DNA of 64,000 nt. Origin: a virus. Positions 31,374 through 40,539 of the stretch are shown here, one piece after another. The stretch lies in the IMG/VR virus record IMGVR_UViG_3300046010_005562, one strand, 5' to 3'. The notes under the pieces were generated by a model, which searched no databases, was not told the origin of the DNA, and was given only the letters and a program-made list of their open reading frames with translations. A program made the translations under genes and the position numbers. How positions within the stretch are numbered: position 1 is the first letter of the stretch; every line of letters starts with the position of its first letter.

Positions 31374-34064
31374 ATGGCAGATGAAATTAGCAAATTAGGT
31401 AGTGTAATAAAAGACATCAGTTCATCACCAAATATAAAAAATCTAAACTCTTTTTTATCTGATTTTGGAAAAGATATAAAAGATAAATTTAAGACTATTA
31501 ACGAAGATAAAACCTCTGAAGTAGAATCTTCAGAGGTATCTTCAAAAAAAGATAAATCTAAATCTAATACTGCTGAAAAAGTATCTCAAAGATATACTCT
31601 TCCAAAAATAGCAACTCCAAATCTTGGAGCAAATGATTCACAATCTGATATATTACAAGCAATATATAAACTCCTTTCAAATAAAATAAGATATGATCAA
31701 ATAAAAGATGAAAGAGAGAAATCTGAAACCGCATCTAAAATAAAAGATTATGAATTCGATTATGATACTTCAAAAGAATCAGGAAAATCAATAGATAATT
31801 TGGATGATTTTCTAAAAAATCCATTTAAAGGAATTAAAGATTCAGCAAAAGATATTATTGAGGTTTTTGGTTCCTTTAAAAATATCCTAACTAAATTTAT
31901 ACCATCTTTAGTAAAGATAATTTCAAATATAATGAAATTTATTCCTCTATTATCAGGAGCTTTAGTTGAACTTGGTCCTATTTTATTAGGTATTGGTGCT
32001 GTTGGAGTTGGATTAAAAAAAGCTTTTGATGTTGAAAGTGCACCAAGTCTTAAAGATACAGGACAATATGCTGTCGATTCTGAAGGTAATAAAAGATCAG
32101 GAAAACAAGTAGGAGAAATGGGTAAATCTGGTTCTGGAACAATCAGAAGATGGGATGATTTAGGAAAAGATACTACTGAAATACAAACTTCTGTTGATGA
32201 AGGTACAAAAACTCTGTTAAGTAGAATTACCAAAGGGGAAGGAACAGATGATGCTAAAGCTAGAAAAGCTGGATTTGAATCTGGATATGATGTGCCTTAT
32301 GGATTTGGTAAATATGTAAAACCTGATAAGCCTTTAAGTCAAATGACTGTTGGAGAAGTAAAAGAATTCCAGAAAAAACAAATTGCAGCAACTAGTGGAA
32401 AAGTACCAGGAACAAAGCTTGGAACAGGAGCAGTTGGGAAATATCAAGTAGTACAAGGAACATTATCAGCACAACAAAAATTATTAGGATTTTCTGATGA
32501 GGATATTTTCACTCCTGAACTACAAGATAAGATAGGTAGAAGTCTTTTAGAAGGTAGAGGATATAAGAAATATAGAGAAGGAAAAATAAGTGAAGAACAA
32601 TTTCAAAAGAATTTGTCTAAAGAATGGGCATCTATAGCTGATCCAACTACTGGACGTTCAGCATATGGACAATCAACAGGAACTTCAGATTCTGCAATAA
32701 AGGAAGCCATTAGATATTCTAAAGAACATAGAGAAGATCAGAAAAAAATAGAATTAGCAGAAAACCAAAAGGAAGAATCTAATAAAATTGAAGGTGCTGT
32801 TCCTGTTAAATCAGGAGGAACAGAATTAGGAACAGGTATTGTTGTTCCTTATAAAGAATCTAATAAAACTGAAGGTGCTGTTCCTGTTAAATCAGGAGGA
32901 ACAGAATTAGGAACAGGTATTGTTGTTCCTTATAAAGAATCAAAACTTCCTAAAGAAGATCAAAAAATGATGATAACATCTTCTAAAAAAATAATGCCTG
33001 AAGATATAGAAGAAGAGGAAGAGCAAGAAGAAACCTCAGAAAAACTTATAAAAGAACCTACTACAAATAAAGAAATATATAGAGACTCTATAACTCCAGT
33101 ATCAGAAACAAAAGATTCTACTACACAAGCAGAATCTTCCTCTAATTTTGATAATACGATAGGTCTACTTGAAAATATAGCAAGTGATATAGGTGCAATA
33201 CAATCTAAAAAAACAGAAGCAGATAAATCTGCTTCTACTATGAAAGATAGTATTAGTTCTATGTTTGGTGTTACTCCAATGCAACCAGAATTAATAACAA
33301 AAAATCCATTATCTAATATAACAGATAGTATTAGTTCTATGTTTGGTGGAAATTCTTCTGGTGGATTAGAAACTGTAGGTAAAGTTGGAAGTATGATTCC
33401 AGGTATAGCTAGGTCTTTAGGCGGATTATTTGGTGGAAATTCTAGAGGTAGAAATTCTTCTGGTCAGTTAGGTGGAATATTACAAACTGTAGGTAAAGTT
33501 GGAAGTATGATTCCAACTATATCTAAGACTTTAGGCGGATTATTTGGTGGACTTTTTGAAGAACCTTCAGATAATAAAAATACTAATGTAGAAGGAAATA
33601 TTAGCACTACCTCTGATGGTAGCATTAAAGGAAATCCATCGTCAAAAGTAGGAGATTTTTCAACTGGAAATATAGGAGGAAATTTTGACATTTCTTCTAT
33701 TGGTAAATCAAGTTCATTATTAGATGTAGTTTCAAATGTTAAAGACATAGCAAATTTACAAGGAATGAAATCAGGAGAAAGATTACCATCATTACAAGCA
33801 CAAAATACAAGTAATTTAGGTGAATTAGGAGTAACTACATTTAATGGTGGATCTTCTGTAACACCAATATCTTCTGGTGGAGGTGGTGGAAATTCTGGAG
33901 GTTCTTCTGCACCTATATTATCTTCTTCTGGTGGAGGTGGATCTTCCAAAAATGGTGATAGAAGAGCAGGATCAAGTTCTACTGCTATGGGTATTAATAT
34001 TGGAGTAAGAAATGAAGAAAGTGTATTCCAAAAAGCTCAATATGGAATTGTAAGAATAGTATAA
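31374..34064 (+). CDS. Large hub / tape-measure type protein with an embedded lysozyme/transglycosylase-like region
   Basis: TLLSRITKGEGTDDAKARKAGFESGYDVPYG...GAVGKYQVVQGTLSAQQKLLGFSDEDIFTPELQDKIGRSLLEGRGY; low-complexity linkers. Confidence 0.6.
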   Translation: MADEISKLGSVIKDISSSPNIKNLNSFLSDFGKDIKDKFKTINEDKTSEVESSEVSSKKDKSKSNTAEKVSQRYTLPKIATPNLGANDSQSDILQAIYKLLSNKIRYDQIKDEREKSETASKIKDYEFDYDTSKESGKSIDNLDDFLKNPFKGIKDSAKDIIEVFGSFKNILTKFIPSLVKIISNIMKFIPLLSGALVELGPILLGIGAVGVGLKKAFDVESAPSLKDTGQYAVDSEGNKRSGKQVGEMGKSGSGTIRRWDDLGKDTTEIQTSVDEGTKTLLSRITKGEGTDDAKARKAGFESGYDVPYGFGKYVKPDKPLSQMTVGEVKEFQKKQIAATSGKVPGTKLGTGAVGKYQVVQGTLSAQQKLLGFSDEDIFTPELQDKIGRSLLEGRGYKKYREGKISEEQFQKNLSKEWASIADPTTGRSAYGQSTGTSDSAIKEAIRYSKEHREDQKKIELAENQKEESNKIEGAVPVKSGGTELGTGIVVPYKESNKTEGAVPVKSGGTELGTGIVVPYKESKLPKEDQKMMITSSKKIMPEDIEEEEEQEETSEKLIKEPTTNKEIYRDSITPVSETKDSTTQAESSSNFDNTIGLLENIASDIGAIQSKKTEADKSASTMKDSISSMFGVTPMQPELITKNPLSNITDSISSMFGGNSSGGLETVGKVGSMIPGIARSLGGLFGGNSRGRNSSGQLGGILQTVGKVGSMIPTISKTLGGLFGGLFEEPSDNKNTNVEGNISTTSDGSIKGNPSSKVGDFSTGNIGGNFDISSIGKSSSLLDVVSNVKDIANLQGMKSGERLPSLQAQNTSNLGELGVTTFNGGSSVTPISSGGGGGNSGGSSAPILSSSGGGGSSKNGDRRAGSSSTAMGINIGVRNEESVFQKAQYGIVRIV
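32790..32950 (+). repeat. Tandem 81-bp (27-aa) in-frame duplication EGAVPVKSGGTELGTGIVVPYKESNKT
   Basis: Near-identical units starting at 32790 and 32871. Confidence 0.9.
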
Positions 34065-34069
34065 AAAAA

Positions 34070-34085
34070 GGGGGCTAATGCCCCC
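34070..34085 (+). terminator. Bidirectional intrinsic terminator GGGGGC-TAAT-GCCCCC with flanking A/T runs
   Basis: Perfect hairpin between convergent genes. Confidence 0.85.
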
Positions 34086-34095
34086 TTTATAGTTT

Positions 34096-35058
34096 TTAAT
34101 CTTCTTCAATAAGATTTCTAAAGTAATTCAGATCATCATCTTCTTCATCTACAAAAGATGATTCAACCTCAGACAAAGTAGGTTTAACTGGTTTTGATTC
34201 AGAACGCAATTGCTCTACAGTTGTTGGTTTATATCCAACTGAACTATTACGAAGAACACGATCCAATCTTTTCTTTAGTTCATCATAAGATTTAAAATTC
34301 TTTGGATCTATAACTTCTAAAAGAGAATGTTGTGATTTCCAGATTGCTTCAAGTTTACTATCATCTTCAAACAAAGGGCTTGGTGATTCAAATTCTGAAA
34401 GATCATAATTCTGATAATTATCTATCTTTCTAATCTTTAGTTTAAAGTTGGCTCCTTCTTCCCAAAGGTTAAATGGATCAATCTTAGTTTCATCTTCAAA
34501 CTGTGGTTGCATAGATCCGATAATTTTATCAAAGATCTTTTTACCAAACTTGAAAAGTTTAACTTTACCTTCATTTTCTGGATTTTTAGAATCCTTTATA
34601 ATATATACATTTGCTACAAAATGTAATCTTCTCTTCTGCTTCCTTGCTTGTTCTTTATCAGATTCAAGTCCAGTTCTCCATAAATGAGAATTATATTCTG
34701 AAAGAGGATCAGCTTGTCCTATACTAGTAAGAGAGTTTTCAATATACCAACCACCTGGTCCTTGGAATCCATGATCGTAATATTTAACGAAAGGAGCACC
34801 TCCTGGTGTCTTAGAATTTCCATTCTCATCCGAATCCTGTGGGCTTATTGGAAGGAATCTAATAATAGCATATCCATTACCAGCCTTATCAAGCTCGCAT
34901 TTCCAATAATTTTTATCTTTATCTTCAGAACCATATGTTGTAGATGAATTCATCGACTCAACAGCTTTAGTTAGATTATCATAATTATTACTGGAATTTC
35001 TTTTCAAATTTAAAAATGATGACATATATATTTCCTCGTGTATACAATGTGTTAACAA
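34096..35058 (-). CDS. gp32: Single-stranded DNA binding protein gp32-like (ATG of MSSFLNL... likely the true start)
   Basis: YWKCELDKAGNGYAIIRFLP...PFVKYYDHGFQGPGGWYIENSLTSIGQADPLSEYN; acidic C-terminus. Confidence 0.93.
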   Translation of the reverse strand: MLTHCIHEEIYMSSFLNLKRNSSNNYDNLTKAVESMNSSTTYGSEDKDKNYWKCELDKAGNGYAIIRFLPISPQDSDENGNSKTPGGAPFVKYYDHGFQGPGGWYIENSLTSIGQADPLSEYNSHLWRTGLESDKEQARKQKRRLHFVANVYIIKDSKNPENEGKVKLFKFGKKIFDKIIGSMQPQFEDETKIDPFNLWEEGANFKLKIRKIDNYQNYDLSEFESPSPLFEDDSKLEAIWKSQHSLLEVIDPKNFKSYDELKKRLDRVLRNSSVGYKPTTVEQLRSESKPVKPTLSEVESSFVDEEDDDLNYFRNLIEED

Positions 35059-35088
35059 CTAGTCCACTAAATTACATAATATAAATTT

Positions 35089-35667
35089 TTAAGTATTCAT
35101 CCTTAAACAATTAACCAAGATTTCCTTTATCTTGGATTTATCATATCTAATAAAAGGATAATATTTTTTAGATTTAAATGATATAGGTTTCCATATCAAA
35201 TTATCTTTAAACTTACTATCCCAATTATTAGAAAGTCTTAAATGATGATTTAAGACTACAAATGACTCAAACATTATCTCATATTGCAATGTCTTTGTCA
35301 ATAACTTTGGATAATCTCCTTTGAAAATATCTTCAAAGGTATAATTATCAATTAAATTAACAAGATCTTCCTTGAATCTAAACGTAAAAGCTTGATTACG
35401 TTTTTTCCATTCTATAAAAACATCTTCTGCTTCTTTATTAATTAATTGATAAATGCTAATTTTTGGATTTTCTAAAAAATTAGATACATAAAAATCAATT
35501 AATTCAGAATCATATTTTTTTCCTAGTTTTTCAAAATGATTGAATTGTGTTTTAGACAATACTTTAGGTCTGTAAATACTACCATTTCTTTGGAAAAAAT
35601 CATATTTTTCACAATTAAAATGAACTTTTATAGCACTATAAAATCTATATGATTCATTAACATTCAT
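35089..35667 (-). CDS. gp59: Helicase loader gp59-like
   Basis: IDFYVSNFLENPKISIYQLI...LQYEIMFESFVVLNHHLRLSNNWD; adjacent to gp32/gp33. Confidence 0.75.
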   Translation of the reverse strand: MNVNESYRFYSAIKVHFNCEKYDFFQRNGSIYRPKVLSKTQFNHFEKLGKKYDSELIDFYVSNFLENPKISIYQLINKEAEDVFIEWKKRNQAFTFRFKEDLVNLIDNYTFEDIFKGDYPKLLTKTLQYEIMFESFVVLNHHLRLSNNWDSKFKDNLIWKPISFKSKKYYPFIRYDKSKIKEILVNCLRMNT

Positions 35668-35891
35668 TATATTGGAAGGACTGGGTATTTTTGAATTAAT
35701 CTATTTTGCATAGCTTCAAATTCAATTTTTTGTCTTATTGCTGGAGTAATAAGTTTAGCAGCAATTTCAACTTCAATTCCTGATTCTTCACAAAAATGAA
35801 CTATAGCATCTATATATTCTAGCTTATCATCTTGAACTATCTTATTTATCCTATCAGAAAACTTTTCCATGTCAGACAAAGACACTTTCAT
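35667..35891 (-). CDS. gp33: Late promoter coactivator gp33-like
   Basis: Small protein between gp59 and RlpA-like gene; FCEESGIEVEIAAKLITPAIRQKIEFEAMQNRLI. Confidence 0.6.
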   Translation of the reverse strand: MKVSLSDMEKFSDRINKIVQDDKLEYIDAIVHFCEESGIEVEIAAKLITPAIRQKIEFEAMQNRLIQKYPVLPI

Positions 35892-35927
35892 TAATATTAC
35901 CTCTAATTTAAATAGTTTATTTAACTC

Positions 35928-36275
35928 TCATTTTAAAATAGTTAAAGAAACTTTTCCTGTTCCTCTAATACCAACGGCATTAGCTGCTGCTTTAGACAAA
36001 TCAATCACTCGACCTCTGATAAATGGTCCTCTATCATTAATTGTTACTATTATAGATCTTTTATTTACTAGATTAGTCACTCTAACAGAAGTTCCGAATT
36101 TCAAGTTTTTGTGTGCTGCTGTATATGAATTAGTATTAAATCTTTCACCAGAAGCAGTTTTTCTTCCGTTAAGTCCATATCCATACCAACTAGCTATTCC
36201 GACTTGATGTACAACCTCTTTCGACATTGTGACACTTGACATAAAAAGAGTCAAGCATAAAATGAATAATTTCAT
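35928..36275 (-). CDS. Secreted RlpA-like double-psi beta-barrel protein
   Basis: Signal peptide MKLFILCLTLFMSSVTMS; ASWYGYGLNGRKTASGERFNTNSYTAAHKNLKFGTSVRVTNLVNKRSIIVTINDRGPFIRGRVIDLSKAAA. Confidence 0.9.
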   Translation of the reverse strand: MKLFILCLTLFMSSVTMSKEVVHQVGIASWYGYGLNGRKTASGERFNTNSYTAAHKNLKFGTSVRVTNLVNKRSIIVTINDRGPFIRGRVIDLSKAAANAVGIRGTGKVSLTILK

Positions 36276-36391
36276 CTTCTTTTTTCTCCTATAACGATTG
36301 AATTACAATAATTCAATTTTCTATTTGATGATTTAAGATTACTTTACTTTTAAAGTTATCTTGTTATTGCCCCATTTTTTGGGGCAATATA

Positions 36392-36712
36392 TTATTTATA
36401 CGAAAATAATTGCCACCCTAAAGTCCATATTCGACTAGCAAAATTATGGATTGCATTATCTTCAATAGAATCTTTAAAATTAGAATATACTATTTCATTA
36501 GGCAGAAGACTAAAAAAATTATCCAACTGACTCTTCGTCAATCTGATTCTATATTGATAGTCTGTTCCACCTCCTTCTTCAATTTCAAAATTTGGAAAAT
36601 AAAAAGACAAATGTTCTTTGACTCTAGATCTAACCACATAACTTCCTTCCTTGTTAACAATAGAAAGAAATCCTTTATTCAAAACTAACCACATACACAT
36701 TCTCCATAACAA
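36392..36712 (-). CDS. Hypothetical protein
   Basis: Open frame with start in sensible spacing. Confidence 0.4.
   Translation of the reverse strand: MLWRMCMWLVLNKGFLSIVNKEGSYVVRSRVKEHLSFYFPNFEIEEGGGTDYQYRIRLTKSQLDNFFSLLPNEIVYSNFKDSIEDNAIHNFASRIWTLGWQLFSYK
36393..36400 (-). promoter_or_regulatory. T4-type late promoter box TATAAATA on the minus strand
   Basis: TATTTATA on + strand upstream of the RlpA-like gene. Confidence 0.35.
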
Positions 36713-36736
36713 AAATACAGTATATCAACCTATGAT

Positions 36737-37474
36737 CTATTTGTCAACTGTTGATTGGAAATGATCTAGGAAATTATTTCTTCTCTCATGAAAAGTTCTG
36801 TGTAGATCTTCCCAATTATGAAGTCCAGAATTTTTAAAAGCATCATAAACTTTTCCTTGATCAATATTTCGTACAGCTTCTATTCCGTGATGCAAAGCTT
36901 CTGGAGTCATCGAAAACGCAGTATTAAATACATGAGCAGATTCATGATTAACATTAGGATCTCGTAAAGATCTGATCTCTGATATATCAGAAGTGTAAGG
37001 TTTATGTCCACCTCTTGCTCTAAACTCGAAAGAACCACCAGGATCTATTCCATGAAGAACTCCTTTTCTATCCGATGATATATTACCTTGACCATAATCA
37101 AGACCTGTTCCAACACCATCCCAATTTTTTGTTAAAACTGAATGTGCAAATATCTTCCCTATAGTATGATGTTGATCTGGAGTCATATCTTTAACATCAT
37201 TTAATTTTATTGGAGTCAATCCTTCTTTCCATTTAGTGGAAACACCTTCTTTTCCTTCTATATTAGCTATTTCTGGATTTAATGTTTTAATACCCATCAA
37301 ATCCTGAAGTTTTCCAGATAAAACTTCTGATTTTGCTTGATCTGAATGTTCTGGAAATTTAATATAATGTTTTTTACCTGTTTCATTATGTTGATATATC
37401 CCTCCTGGATTTGAACCTAATGCTCCAGATGTCTTTATAAATTCTTCTGATATAAATTCTTTGAATGTTTTCAT
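36737..37474 (-). CDS. Kinase-fold-like (HipA/PI-kinase-like) protein with N-terminal capsid-targeting-like peptide
   Basis: N-term MKTFKEFISEEF; GGIYQHNETGKKHYIKFPEHSDQAKSEVLSGKLQDLMGI ... LTKNWDGVGTGLDYGQGNI ... HGIDPGGSF. Confidence 0.5.
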   Translation of the reverse strand: MKTFKEFISEEFIKTSGALGSNPGGIYQHNETGKKHYIKFPEHSDQAKSEVLSGKLQDLMGIKTLNPEIANIEGKEGVSTKWKEGLTPIKLNDVKDMTPDQHHTIGKIFAHSVLTKNWDGVGTGLDYGQGNISSDRKGVLHGIDPGGSFEFRARGGHKPYTSDISEIRSLRDPNVNHESAHVFNTAFSMTPEALHHGIEAVRNIDQGKVYDAFKNSGLHNWEDLHRTFHERRNNFLDHFQSTVDK

Positions 37475-38121
37475 AGTTTTTCTACTATCTCTTTATCTAG
37501 TGGTGAGTTTAAATGATCTTTTAATTTTTCTTTTGGAACTAAATGAACTGCCTGAGATTCCCATCCCATTTCTGATGGGGTTCCTCCTACTCTTTTAGCA
37601 TGATAATACCTAGTCAAACTAGTAGATCTATTAGAATCATATGCATGTCCTAATAATTCTATTTTTAGACCTGTTTCCTCGTGTGCTTCTTTTATAGCAT
37701 TTGCTCTATGATTCAACCCTGAATCTAATTTACCTTTAGGTCCAATAGTTGTATCATATCCACCAAATCCATTTGTTGGGGATAATGTCCACACTCTACC
37801 ATCTTTTTCATGTATTATTGCTCCAGTTGCAATTCTTTTATTATTTGTATTAATTAAAGGAGGTTCTTCAAAATCACCTTGTCCTTCGACAGAATTCCAT
37901 TCTTCTTTATTTTTTGGAGAATTTTTCCAAGATTCAAATTTAACTCCATTTAATTCTTGTGGGAGTTCTCCTTTTGGAACTACTGTTGCGTGTTTGGTTG
38001 AATCATGCCAATGTTCTATTGGAGATGGATTTGATGGATTTTCAATATAAACAGATTCTCCATGTTCTCCTAATTTAGGATGAACAATTGATTCTTTTAT
38101 GAATTTCTTGAATGATAACAT
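37471..38121 (-). CDS. Nudix hydrolase with N-terminal capsid-targeting-like peptide
   Basis: N-term MLSFKKFIKES; TIGPKGKLDSGLNHRANAIKEAHEETGLKIEL close to Nudix box. Confidence 0.8.
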   Translation of the reverse strand: MLSFKKFIKESIVHPKLGEHGESVYIENPSNPSPIEHWHDSTKHATVVPKGELPQELNGVKFESWKNSPKNKEEWNSVEGQGDFEEPPLINTNNKRIATGAIIHEKDGRVWTLSPTNGFGGYDTTIGPKGKLDSGLNHRANAIKEAHEETGLKIELLGHAYDSNRSTSLTRYYHAKRVGGTPSEMGWESQAVHLVPKEKLKDHLNSPLDKEIVEKL

Positions 38122-38756
38122 TTAACTTTACCTATTAAAATTTTAATATAACTATTTATATCTTTTATAAAAATTTGAGGGTTATCATCTTCAACAGCTA
38201 TTATTATAATTATTTGATTTATTTTTATCCCAGTTAATTCATAATAAGCCATAGCATAAAATGTTGCTTGTAGAAAATAATCTTGTATATCTTCTTCAGT
38301 CTTTAATCTAGTTGATGTTTTATAGTCTATTATTGATAATACTCCATCATATTCAGCAATAGCATCACATCTTCCAGCAACTTTTAACCTATCAGAATAT
38401 AAAGCACATTCTAAATAATGTATATTATTAATATTATCTAAAAATGGTTTAATTGAAATAAAACAATCTAATGCTATTGTATTAGCAAAATCAGAATAAT
38501 CAATAGCTTTATTATTCAAATATTGTTCACATAAAGAATGTGTTTTGGTTCCTCTAGAAGAAGCTCTAGTGGAAATTCTAGTAGCTTCTTCCTCCCCAAC
38601 TTTTTTTCTCCAATCAAAAAGCCTTTGTTTATTAAAAGATCCTAATATTGTGGTTATTGACGCATACTTTCCATTAGGAGTAACGTAATGACGTTTATTA
38701 TTAATGATTTCAGTTTTTAAATCATATATTTCTTTTGGAGGGCAATATAAAAACAT
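38097..38756 (-). CDS. RecB/Cas4-like PD-(D/E)XK exonuclease
   Basis: RASSRGTKTHSLCEQYL ... VAGRCDAIAEYDGVLSIIDYKTSTR ... DYFLQATFYAMAYYEL. Confidence 0.85.
   Translation of the reverse strand: MFLYCPPKEIYDLKTEIINNKRHYVTPNGKYASITTILGSFNKQRLFDWRKKVGEEEATRISTRASSRGTKTHSLCEQYLNNKAIDYSDFANTIALDCFISIKPFLDNINNIHYLECALYSDRLKVAGRCDAIAEYDGVLSIIDYKTSTRLKTEEDIQDYFLQATFYAMAYYELTGIKINQIIIIIAVEDDNPQIFIKDINSYIKILIGKVKCYHSRNS
38153..38160 (-). promoter_or_regulatory. T4-type late promoter box TATAAATA on the minus strand
   Basis: TATTTATA on + strand 32 nt upstream of the Nudix gene start. Confidence 0.45.
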
Positions 38757-38759
38757 AAT

Positions 38760-39767
38760 TTATTTTTCAACTAAACTTTCGTAAAAAATTGCAGTACACT
38801 TTTTCCAAGTCCAATTATAAGACTCATCCTCTACATATTTTCTGGATAATGTTAAACAAGCATCTAATTCACCAACTCCGAATTCTTCTACTAGAAATCC
38901 ACTTCTACCTTCTCTAATTATCTCATCAGAAACAGTACCTCTATATGCTAATACAGGAGTACCTGAAGCAATTGCTTCTAATTGTGTTAACCCGAAGGTA
39001 TCATTTTTAGAAGGAAAAACGAAAACATCTGCATTAGCATAGATGGTGGAAAGATTCTTTCCTGTTAATTTTCCAACAAATGATACTTCGCTATGATACT
39101 TAGTCATAAGTTCTTTTAAATAAGGACCATCACCAACTAAAACTTTTAAATACCCATCTGGTACAGGAATATTACAAAAATCATCTAAACCTTTTTCCTT
39201 AGAAACTCTACTAACACATAAAATAAATTTTAAATGTGAATCAAATGGCCTATTCCTATGAGAAGAATTAAATACTTTTCTATCGACTCCTCTTTTCCAA
39301 ACAACAAGATTGTCAAATCCTTTAGATATTAATAGATTTTTTACTATATTAGTAGGAACTAATATATTTTTAGACTTTGAATGGAACCATTTGAAATATG
39401 GATATGTTAAATTTTCAGAAATCCCAAAAATGTTTTTAATAAACTCAGGAAACATAGAATGATAAGATGTTGTATAATTATAGGTTTTCCTATCACAATA
39501 TAACTTTCCTGCTAATCCAACTGGACCTTCTGTAGCAATATGAATAAAATCAGGACTAATATCCTCAATCATTTTACCAATTTTCCATATATTCAATGAA
39601 ATGTCAATTTCTTTATAGAATGGTAGAGAAATAGTTTTAAATCTTTCTGGATTGATGAAAGAGATTTCATTTTTTTCAGAAAGAATTTCCATTGTTTTGT
39701 TTAGAGTTCTAACAACACCATTAGTTTGTTTAAGGGTTGTGTCAGTTATTATCAATATTTTCTTCAC
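38760..39767 (-). CDS. GT4-type glycosyltransferase, candidate Agt-like glycolipid synthase
   Basis: TDTTLKQTNGVVRTLNKTMEILSE ... HIATEGPVGLAGKLYC ... TSYHSMFPEF ... WKRGVD ... VFPSKNDTFGLTQLEAIASGTPVLAYRG. Confidence 0.85.
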   Translation of the reverse strand: MKKILIITDTTLKQTNGVVRTLNKTMEILSEKNEISFINPERFKTISLPFYKEIDISLNIWKIGKMIEDISPDFIHIATEGPVGLAGKLYCDRKTYNYTTSYHSMFPEFIKNIFGISENLTYPYFKWFHSKSKNILVPTNIVKNLLISKGFDNLVVWKRGVDRKVFNSSHRNRPFDSHLKFILCVSRVSKEKGLDDFCNIPVPDGYLKVLVGDGPYLKELMTKYHSEVSFVGKLTGKNLSTIYANADVFVFPSKNDTFGLTQLEAIASGTPVLAYRGTVSDEIIREGRSGFLVEEFGVGELDACLTLSRKYVEDESYNWTWKKCTAIFYESLVEK

Positions 39768-40539
39768 ATCTATCCTCTTTAGTTTCTTTAATTTCGTTCC
39801 AATTTACTATTTCAAAAGTACCATCAAAATGTTCAACTAATGCGGTACAACTTTCTACCCAATCTCCATCATTCATATAGACTATGCCTTCGATTTCTTT
39901 TATCTCTGCATGGTGAATATGTCCACAGATAACACCATCATAGAATTTTCTTCTGCAATAGTCAACTAAATTTTTTTCATAGTCAAAAATAAAATCAACA
40001 GCACCTTTAACTTTATGTTTTAGATATTTACTAAATGACCAATATCCAAATCCAAATTTATGTCTGAACCAATTATATTTAGAATTTAGATATAATAATA
40101 AATCATATGATTTATCTCCTAAAAATCCTAACCAAGGTGCTAATTTAGAAATACCATCAAATAAATCTCCGTGTATTACTAAATATCTTTTACCATTAAC
40201 TCCTATATGATCAATTCTATTAACTATTTCTATTTTACCTAAAGAAAAATCATATATTAATAAAGGTCTCAAAAACTCGTCATGATTCCCTGTAATATAC
40301 ACTATTTTTGAACCTTTTTTTGAATGATTCAAAATTTGACGAATTACATTTGTATGAGATTTTTTCCATTTCCATTTATTTTGTTGCATTTTCCAACCAT
40401 CAATAATATCTCCAATAAGATATATTGTATTAGCTGAATTATATTTTAAGAAATTGCAAAGCAATTCTGCTTTGCAATCTCTAGTTCCAAGATGAATGTC
40501 TGAAATGAAAATACTTCTATATTTTCTTTTATTAATCAT
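39742..40539 (-). CDS. plcP: PlcP/LpxH-like calcineurin-superfamily phosphoesterase (candidate intracellular phospholipase C)
   Basis: FISDIHLGTRDCKAELLCNFLKYNSANTIYLIGDIIDGWKMQ...VYITGNHDEFLRP...VIHGDLFDG...DGVICGHIHHAEIKEIEGIVYMNDGDWVESCTALVEHFDG. Confidence 0.75.
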   Translation of the reverse strand: MINKRKYRSIFISDIHLGTRDCKAELLCNFLKYNSANTIYLIGDIIDGWKMQQNKWKWKKSHTNVIRQILNHSKKGSKIVYITGNHDEFLRPLLIYDFSLGKIEIVNRIDHIGVNGKRYLVIHGDLFDGISKLAPWLGFLGDKSYDLLLYLNSKYNWFRHKFGFGYWSFSKYLKHKVKGAVDFIFDYEKNLVDYCRRKFYDGVICGHIHHAEIKEIEGIVYMNDGDWVESCTALVEHFDGTFEIVNWNEIKETKEDRCEENIDNN

